Below are positions 24,578-30,631 of a stretch of 32,000 nucleotides of DNA, in pieces (positions within the stretch are counted from its first letter, which is position 1; each line of letters begins with the position of its first letter). The translations under genes were made by a program, and so were the position numbers. Source of the stretch: Kiritimatiella glycovorans (GTDB taxonomy: Bacteria; Verrucomicrobiota; Kiritimatiellia; Kiritimatiellales; Kiritimatiellaceae); contig NZ_CP010904.1 in assembly GCF_001017655.1 (NCBI RefSeq), positions 1,410,001-1,442,000 on the forward strand, read 5' to 3'. The notes under the pieces are model-generated. The model worked only from the letters and a program-made list of their open reading frames with translations, was not told the origin of the DNA and did not search any database.

Positions 24578-27225
24578 CACCGCCCCTCTCCTTCTGAAGC
24601 CGGGAGCACGCGCAGTTCCATCGGCCAGCCGCACAGTCCGCTCTTGTTCGGGTTGGCCCCTTGTTCGACAAAGACGGCGATCAGATTATTCGCCCCGTAT
24701 TGGAGCAACTCCGCCGGCACGCGGTAGCGGAATGTTTTGGGTCGGGAAGGAATTTGCTCCAGCTCGGTCTCGTTGACGTACACGGTCGGATAACCGTCGA
24801 TCTCGCCGAAGAACAGCTCGGCGTCATGCCCATCCCATACCGTCGGGACGAGCACGTGCTTCCGGTACCACAGCGGGCCCTCTGAGTTCTCGAACCCCTC
24901 ACAGCGCTGCCAGCGCCGCGGGAGGCGTCGTATGGGCCAGCGTCCGTCGCGGTCGTTGATCTCCATCGACGCCCCCTCGAGCCCCTCTTCGTGCTCATGC
25001 ATGCACCACGTCCCTCGCAATTTAATGGCTTCTTCAACGAGGACCGGGATCTCGGCATAAAAGATCGGGCTGTGTTCGGGAATGATCTCCGCCCGTATGG
25101 TGTGACGCCCGTAATCGAGTTCCGCGGTCGCCTCCCAGGAGACTTTTACGTCCGCTTCGCTCCCGGCGGGAACGTGCAGCGTATGCACGGCTTTTTCGAC
25201 TCTCAGTCCGGCCGGAGTTTCCACCCTGACTTTACAGTTCTCTTCGGTCTGCTTTTCGTTGCGCACCACGAGCCGATGACAGGCGAAGGTCCCGGACTCG
25301 ATCGGGCGGGAGGTGTCGTACACCCCGGGGGCCCAGCGCGCGACCGTCGGCCGCCTCAGTTCAAGGGTCCGCATCGGACCCATGGACCGCGGCTGCCCCT
25401 TGCCGTCCCTGCTGTAGAGCATATACCGGATCGTCCCGGTGCGGTTCCCGCGCAGCTCGCGGGGCTCAAGGGTCAATGTTCCGCGGCTGACTTCGAATCG
25501 CTGCGGAGCGAGGTCAGGTGCAGCGAACACCACGGCCCCGAGATCGTCTCTCCCCCCGTTGCGCACCTCAAGTTCCAGCGCATCCCCGTTGACCGCAACC
25601 CGCATCGGAGGTTGTGTGATCCCGAACGGCAGGGTTTTCGTCATTTCGATCTCGACGACGTGATCTCCTTCGAGTTGACGGGGAAGAATATTGATCGACG
25701 GTTTGCCGTCGATCTTGAATGAAGCGACTCTCGTCCCCTCGCCCCGGACCCGAAAGGTCCATGTGGCTTTTCCATACGGAAATCCCGCGATCTCAAATCC
25801 TCCGGCGAACTCTTCCGGCACGGAGGGTTCAATCAGCATTCCCTGCGGCAGGGCCTCCGCTCCCAGCAGGCCCTGGTAGACGTTCAGCAGAAAGGCCGTG
25901 CAGGACCAGAGCTGAGGATATTTTCCGCGCGGGTCCCCGTCAAACAGCCCCCACATCTCACTCATCGTATGATGGAACGCCCCGTCCCAGGTCAGCAGCG
26001 CCAGGGTCTTGACCATGCGTTCCGGGTTGTCGGCGCGCGCATTCGCCGCGCCCCAGAAGCCGTCCATCATCGGCCACACGTTCTGGTCATGGTAGGCCCC
26101 GCGATTCAGATACGGCGGATAGGTCAGCGGCGCACCCCAGGGCGTGTCAGGCACATGGTCGATGATCGACTCCACGCGTGCCGGATCGTTGATCCCGTTC
26201 CAGAGCAACGCGAAGCTGTTGCCGGATAGCGTCGACCGGCCCAGGGGCTCGGTATCGCGCCCCATTTTGAGCAGAGAAAAGAACCGCTTTTCCTCCAGCC
26301 AGAGTTCGCGGTTGACCGCGTCTTTCAATGCGTAGGCGCGACGGCGGTAGCGCTCCGCCTCTTCGACCGGACGCCCGATCCAGTCGGCGATCTCCCCCAG
26401 CACAAGCTGCGTGCGGTAATGAATGAAATTCACACTGCTGCCCTTGAGGTCGGTGCGGCCCGTGGCGCCTTCCGGGTAAATGCTGCCGCCGTCGCCGATC
26501 GTTTCGCCCCCGTGGTAAAGTCCGTCGTACGGATCGAAATGCAGAGACCTTACCAGCTCCGCACTGTGGGTCATCTCGACGTAATGGTCTTTCAGAAACT
26601 GAACATCTCCGCTCGCCAGCGCGTACTGCCAGGCCCCCTCAATCCAGATCAGAAAATCGGTCATGCTGTAGCGGTTGTCCACGGTCGGGAAATTGATGTG
26701 GAACCCGACGATCCCGTACATCTGCTCCGGCTTGATGCCCTCGCCCTTGTGCAGACACCATTCGAGACTTTTCCGCGCGCCTTCCTGGAAGAGCGGCAGG
26801 CTGCCCATAACCGAGTAGGCCGTGTCACGCACCCAGAGAGGACGGCCCTCGGAGGCGTTGAACAGACCGACCGTACTCTCATTCGGCCAGGCGTAATCGA
26901 GGTGGACAAGGATGTTGTCCATGGCCAGATTGTAAACCGCATCGACGATCGGGTACTCGCTGCGGAAGGAGGGATACGGCGAGAGGTCGTGCTGCGGCGT
27001 CCATTCCGCCGGCCGCTCCGGCTTGCGGTTGAAACGAAATTCCGCCTCGGAGACGAGCGCCCCGGTATCCGGATCGAGATAGGCGCGCTTCCCGTCCCGC
27101 GTCACCGACGTCTGATACACCGTGAAGGCGTCCGATTCGTAAAATGCGCGCTCATCGTCCGCCGCAAAAACAACCGCTGCGGTCAGTACCGACAGAAACA
27201 TCACCCCGGAAACAAGCTGCCTCAT
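24577..27225 (-). CDS. Secreted multidomain six-hairpin (alpha/alpha)6 glycoside hydrolase (GDE_C / GH63 / GH78-like core) with Ig-like repeats and C-terminal galactose-binding-like domain
   Basis: Trimmed to ATG 27225 (MRQLVSGVMFLSVLTAAVVFAADD, SD AAAGGGAGGGG). Core motifs are RGAYHDQNVWPMMDGFW and YPQLWSCTAFLLNVYQGLLG (compare YHNG..WPW and QAWS in six-hairpin glycosidases). The C-terminal block EGPLWYRKHVLVPTVWDGHDAELFFGEIDGYPTVYVNETEL resembles the GH2 sugar-binding jelly-roll. Confidence 0.7.
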   Translation of the reverse strand: MRQLVSGVMFLSVLTAAVVFAADDERAFYESDAFTVYQTSVTRDGKRAYLDPDTGALVSEAEFRFNRKPERPAEWTPQHDLSPYPSFRSEYPIVDAVYNLAMDNILVHLDYAWPNESTVGLFNASEGRPLWVRDTAYSVMGSLPLFQEGARKSLEWCLHKGEGIKPEQMYGIVGFHINFPTVDNRYSMTDFLIWIEGAWQYALASGDVQFLKDHYVEMTHSAELVRSLHFDPYDGLYHGGETIGDGGSIYPEGATGRTDLKGSSVNFIHYRTQLVLGEIADWIGRPVEEAERYRRRAYALKDAVNRELWLEEKRFFSLLKMGRDTEPLGRSTLSGNSFALLWNGINDPARVESIIDHVPDTPWGAPLTYPPYLNRGAYHDQNVWPMMDGFWGAANARADNPERMVKTLALLTWDGAFHHTMSEMWGLFDGDPRGKYPQLWSCTAFLLNVYQGLLGAEALPQGMLIEPSVPEEFAGGFEIAGFPYGKATWTFRVRGEGTRVASFKIDGKPSINILPRQLEGDHVVEIEMTKTLPFGITQPPMRVAVNGDALELEVRNGGRDDLGAVVFAAPDLAPQRFEVSRGTLTLEPRELRGNRTGTIRYMLYSRDGKGQPRSMGPMRTLELRRPTVARWAPGVYDTSRPIESGTFACHRLVVRNEKQTEENCKVRVETPAGLRVEKAVHTLHVPAGSEADVKVSWEATAELDYGRHTIRAEIIPEHSPIFYAEIPVLVEEAIKLRGTWCMHEHEEGLEGASMEINDRDGRWPIRRLPRRWQRCEGFENSEGPLWYRKHVLVPTVWDGHDAELFFGEIDGYPTVYVNETELEQIPSRPKTFRYRVPAELLQYGANNLIAVFVEQGANPNKSGLCGWPMELRVLPASEGEGR

Positions 27226-27252
27226 TGAACCCCTCCCTTTTATAGTCGCTGA

Positions 27253-27281
27253 AAGATAACGAAACGTTACCGTCGAGTCAA
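27253..27281 (-). promoter_or_regulatory. Candidate sigma70 promoter of the long minus-strand operon, with a palindromic operator-like site in the spacer
   Basis: Minus-strand TTGACT (27281-27276), a 17-nt spacer and TATCTT (27258-27253), about 28 nt upstream of ATG 27225. The 13-bp palindrome TAACG-AAA-CGTTA (27257-27269) overlaps the -10 element and spacer. Pattern match only. Confidence 0.45.
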
Positions 27282-27406
27282 CCGCTCCTGTCTCAACTTC
27301 AATATTCAAGTCAAAGAGCATCCTTGAGAAGCAAAACGGACCGCAATATGGCACCTCTGATGAGTGACCCTTTTATCCATACTGAAATTCTGTGATAGTT
27401 CGTTTC

Positions 27407-28384
27407 ATGAACGATTCAAACGGAATCCGCTGGGGCATCATCGGCTGCGGCCTGATCGCGCCGAAGTTTCACCGCTCGCTCTTAAACACCGGAGAGGGAC
27501 GCGTTGTCGCCGCGGCATCCAAGTCGATGCGCCGGGCGCGTCGGCTGGGCGACAAGACGGGCATCCCGCATCTCTACGACTCGTACTCCCGCATGCTTGA
27601 AGAAGAGGATCTCGATGCGGTCTATATCGCCACCACGCACAACGTCCACGCGGATCATGCCCTGCTCTGCCTGGAGCGCGGCATCCCCGTGCTGGTCGAA
27701 AAACCCCTGACCCACCATGCCAGCGACGCGGAACGGCTGATCCGGACGGCCCGCGCGCGGAAGGTTTTCGCCATGGAGGCGATGTGGACCCGTTTCAATC
27801 CCTCGTCAATCCGGCTTCAGCAGGTGCTCGCGGACGGCGTCATCGGCGAGGTCCAACATATGAAAGCGGAGTTCTGCGTCAGGATGCCGCTGCTTGCGCC
27901 GAAAATGATGCCCTGGAACCGGATGTACAGTCCCCGCCTCGCGGGCGGGGCCCTGCTTGATCTTGGGGTCTACCTGGTGGCCTATGCGCGGATGATATTC
28001 GGGCGCGATCCTGAAACGGTCGAGTCTTCGATCACGCCTGCCTGGACGGGCGTCGATAAGACCACCGCTGCACGGTTCCGCTATCCGGACGGCGCGGTGG
28101 CCGAATGGCGATGCTCGTTCCGGGAAGCGCGACCGCGCGATGTGGTTCTCACCGGTACGCGGGGAACGATCCATGTATCCCTTTTCACCGGCGCGGATCA
28201 GTTCACGATCTCTCGGGACGGCGAAGAGGACTCGGTCATTCATTGCGAGAAATCCGGTTTTGAACACGAGATCCGCGAGGTCCATCGCGACCTTCGCGAG
28301 GGCCGAACCGAGAGCGAACGGATGCCGCTCCAGGAGTCTCTCGAAATAGCGCGCACGATGGGCCGCGTGCGATCGTCCGCGTGA
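27407..28384 (+). CDS. Gfo/Idh/MocA-family NAD(P)-dependent oxidoreductase (dimeric dihydrodiol / sugar dehydrogenase-like), cytoplasmic
   Basis: Rossmann N-terminus IRWGIIGCGLIAPKF, DAVYIATTHNVHADHALLCLERGIPVLVEKPLT with the EKP motif, and a C-terminal oligomerisation domain. ATG 27407 is preferred; the track uses GTG 27392. No signal peptide. It is one of only four plus-strand genes in the window and the only one in its downstream half. Confidence 0.85.
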   Translation: MNDSNGIRWGIIGCGLIAPKFHRSLLNTGEGRVVAAASKSMRRARRLGDKTGIPHLYDSYSRMLEEEDLDAVYIATTHNVHADHALLCLERGIPVLVEKPLTHHASDAERLIRTARARKVFAMEAMWTRFNPSSIRLQQVLADGVIGEVQHMKAEFCVRMPLLAPKMMPWNRMYSPRLAGGALLDLGVYLVAYARMIFGRDPETVESSITPAWTGVDKTTAARFRYPDGAVAEWRCSFREARPRDVVLTGTRGTIHVSLFTGADQFTISRDGEEDSVIHCEKSGFEHEIREVHRDLREGRTESERMPLQESLEIARTMGRVRSSA

Positions 28385-28423
28385 ACGCGAGACCGAAGAA
28401 GGGTTTGCAGCCGCGCCGCGCGT

Positions 28424-28723
28424 CTGCCCCGGCAGGCCAGGCGCGTGAAGATAACGGCCCTGGGCCTGCTTCGCAGGCCTGCGGACCTACTACGAACGTT
28501 AAGTGCGCGCGTGTGATGAAACGTTCGTAGTAGCGCCGTAAGCCTGCCCCGCAGGCAAGGCGCGTGAAGACAACGGCCCTGGCCCCGCTGCGCGGACCTG
28601 CGGACCTACTACGAGCGGGAGGAAAAGTTCGTAGTAGCGCCGTAAGCCTGCCCCGCAGGCCAGGCGCGTGAAGATAACGGCCCTGGTCCTGCTTCGCAGG
28701 CCTGCGGGCCTACTACGAGCGTT
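28424..28723. repeat. Tandem array of three highly structured GC-rich repeat units between convergent genes
   Basis: The core ctgccccgcaggc[c/a]aggcgcgtgaaga[t/c]aacggccctgg..cctgcgg.cctactacga.cg occurs at 28424-28500, 28544-28617 and 28648-28723. Units 2 and 3 also share the 20-nt 5' extension ttcgtagtagcgccgtaagc (28524 and 28628), giving ~94-nt units with a 104-nt period. Each full unit is closed by tcgtagtag / ctactacga and contains internal hairpins such as gcctgc-ccc-gcaggc and cctgc-ttc-gcagg. Confidence 0.8.
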
Positions 28724-30572
28724 AAGGGTGTTCGATCGCGATCGCCTTGACCGAGCCGGGGATCATTTCGAAGGTGAATGTATACTCATCATTCCCGCGC
28801 TCCAGGACACCCTCGAACGGCTTCAGGGTGAGCGAGTCTACCATGCGTTCACGATAGACGGGAAAGTTCGCACGCAGACAATCGATGACCTCCCCGCGCT
28901 TTTCCCGATCGGAGATCTCATAGATCCCGGCCAGCAGATCGTCATAGCGAGCATGGCCCGGGGCCAGCAGGCCCCGCTCCTCAAAATCTTTGCGGATCTC
29001 GCGATAGACGGAATTCTTCTGCGTAAGTTCAACCTGTCCGGCGAGGGTCTTTTTCGGGTTACCCGGAAACAGCCGGGCCGGGATCGTCACAGAGAGTTCG
29101 CGCGGGGTGAAATAACCCCGGTCGGCGTGGAAGGCGGAGGCGATCAGGTAGGTATGCCCCCGGCGCGTCGTGAAAAGAATCTTGTAGACCGTCCCGTCGG
29201 CGCCGGCGGGGACATCGAAAACCCACGCCTCGCCGCCCTGGGCGTAATCGAGGATGGAGTAGAGCCATCCGTTGCTCTTGAGCAATGCGTGCGTCACCCG
29301 TCCCGTACTCTTTTCGGCGCTTCCGTCGAGGCCGCCCTTAAAACTCTCCAGCACGCCCCAATGCCAGATCCCCTCGATGGCGGGGACCTCCTCCTTCATC
29401 TCCACGAGCGTGTGAAAGGTCCATGCCGCCCCGCGTCCGCCCGGTTCACAGGTGCGCAGGACGCTGCCGACCCCGGGCATGGCCTTCTCGGTGGGATCGG
29501 TCTGTTCGCTGCACAGGTGTCCGAACTGAAAGCAGTACTTCGGAAGATCGGCGTACTGCCGGTGCGGACCGATCATATTGCGGTACGAATCTCGGTTGGC
29601 ATCCACACGTTCGGAGGGCCACGCGCATCCGACCAGCTTTCCGTTCTGATAACGCGGCACCGAGTGCGACGAATTGGCGATAAAGTCGAGCGGGGCGCCG
29701 ATTTCGCCCGTGGCGTAGTTGGCCCCGGTCGCGCAATGTTCGACGAACCTGATGTAGTCGACGGCGGGCGGTTCGACCCCGCGGGTGTGGATCGGGCCCC
29801 CGAATTCGCCCGGACCGAAGCGCGCCCCGGGCAGCACCTTCTTCACCGCGGCGGACGTGAAGTCGTACCACCGGATCCACTGCTCGTGCGTGCCGTCGAA
29901 GGTATGGGCGTCGCCCGGCTTCTGGCCGTTGTTCTCGGTCCCCATCCGAAACGTCCAGCGATTCGGCAGATCGTAGCCGTAGAGATCGATCATGTGGTTG
30001 CAGAGCGCTTCGATAAAACGGCCCCACTCCTCGTAATCCCGCGGCGGCGCGATCTGTCCGTAAGCCCCGGTCGATTCGTAGGCCTGCATCGCATAGGGCA
30101 CGTTGTCGAGCGAGATGATGATGTCGCGGTAGCCCATCTCGAGGTAGGGGTTCAGTCGCTTTTTCACCCACTCGAACCGGTACTGCAGTTCGCCGTTTTC
30201 ATCCTCGTACGCGAGATCCAGCTTCGCCGGCTCATCGAATCCGGACTGACGCGCCCACGCCTTCTGATAGCCGCCGCAGAAACGGACGATCGAGATCGTG
30301 TCGACAAACGGGATCTCTTCTTCATAGGGCCGTTTACGATACGGAAACGACGTCTCGAACATGTACTCGGGAATCGTGACCAGCCCCTGCCGAAGGCTCG
30401 TGAGGTGGCCCTGAAGCTGGTGACCGCGGTAAAACCCGTCCCACTTCCCGATCGACGCGGCGTCTTCAAAATCCGCGCGGACCTCGCGAACGTCGCGGGC
30501 GCCGGTCAAAGACGCCGGAAGAAGGGTCAGCAGCAGAGCGGCGACCATCCATGATATGGCGCGGTGTTTCAT
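28722..30572 (-). CDS. Secreted putative glycoside hydrolase, unclassified TIM-barrel-like family (paralogue B)
   Basis: Trimmed to ATG 30572 (MKHRAISWMVAALLLTLLPASLTGA, SD GGGAGGA). Shares IPEYMFETSFPYRKRPYEEEIPFVDTISIVRFCGG, LDNVPYAM, PPRDYEEWGRF, WTFRMGTENNG (Glu codon 29936-29934) and DSLTLKPFEG with paralogues A and C. Confidence 0.7.
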   Translation of the reverse strand: MKHRAISWMVAALLLTLLPASLTGARDVREVRADFEDAASIGKWDGFYRGHQLQGHLTSLRQGLVTIPEYMFETSFPYRKRPYEEEIPFVDTISIVRFCGGYQKAWARQSGFDEPAKLDLAYEDENGELQYRFEWVKKRLNPYLEMGYRDIIISLDNVPYAMQAYESTGAYGQIAPPRDYEEWGRFIEALCNHMIDLYGYDLPNRWTFRMGTENNGQKPGDAHTFDGTHEQWIRWYDFTSAAVKKVLPGARFGPGEFGGPIHTRGVEPPAVDYIRFVEHCATGANYATGEIGAPLDFIANSSHSVPRYQNGKLVGCAWPSERVDANRDSYRNMIGPHRQYADLPKYCFQFGHLCSEQTDPTEKAMPGVGSVLRTCEPGGRGAAWTFHTLVEMKEEVPAIEGIWHWGVLESFKGGLDGSAEKSTGRVTHALLKSNGWLYSILDYAQGGEAWVFDVPAGADGTVYKILFTTRRGHTYLIASAFHADRGYFTPRELSVTIPARLFPGNPKKTLAGQVELTQKNSVYREIRKDFEERGLLAPGHARYDDLLAGIYEISDREKRGEVIDCLRANFPVYRERMVDSLTLKPFEGVLERGNDEYTFTFEMIPGSVKAIAIEHP

Positions 30573-30631
30573 TTTATCCTCCCAGGATTCTTTTTCGTTC
30601 TTTATACAGAACCTCGTCGCGGCCAGCAAAT

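Noticed and set aside
28628-28721. tRNA-like cloverleaf: a closing stem plus three internal hairpins in ~94 nt
   Set aside because: There are no conserved tRNA elements (no D-loop GG, no T-loop GTTCRANYC), the hairpin loops are only 3 nt, and the length is too great. It is not a tRNA or tmRNA.
28424-28723. Possible CRISPR array
   Set aside because: The repeats are ~76-94 nt, far longer than CRISPR repeats. They are imperfect. The spacers are only ~10-45 nt and are themselves partly repeated and palindromic. No cas genes or leader are present in the window.
28490-28730. Integron attC-like sites (GTTAAGT at 28497-28503 and GTTAAGG at 28721-28727 resemble the GTTRRRY core)
   Set aside because: There are no gene cassettes between the sites, no matching inverse core (RYYYAAC) at the other end of the units, no intI gene, and the second site violates the consensus. 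The resemblance is probably chance within a palindromic repeat.
3953-30554. Many other long ORFs antisense to, or out of frame with, the called genes. Examples: 3953..5029+, 3957..5144-, 7651..8655+, 9705..10931+, 11161..12600+, 12613..13770+, 13876..15126+, 16158..16910+, 17459..18421+, 18402..19643+, 19728..20549+, 21199..21891+, 21473..23302+, 23330..24727+, 24991..25722+, 26419..27228+, 28668..30554+, 29446..30171-
   Set aside because: Each lies entirely inside a gene on the other strand or in another frame that has clear family motifs. Their translations are low-complexity and R/P/G/A-rich, with no recognisable domain, start context or signal. I treat them as GC-driven shadow ORFs.
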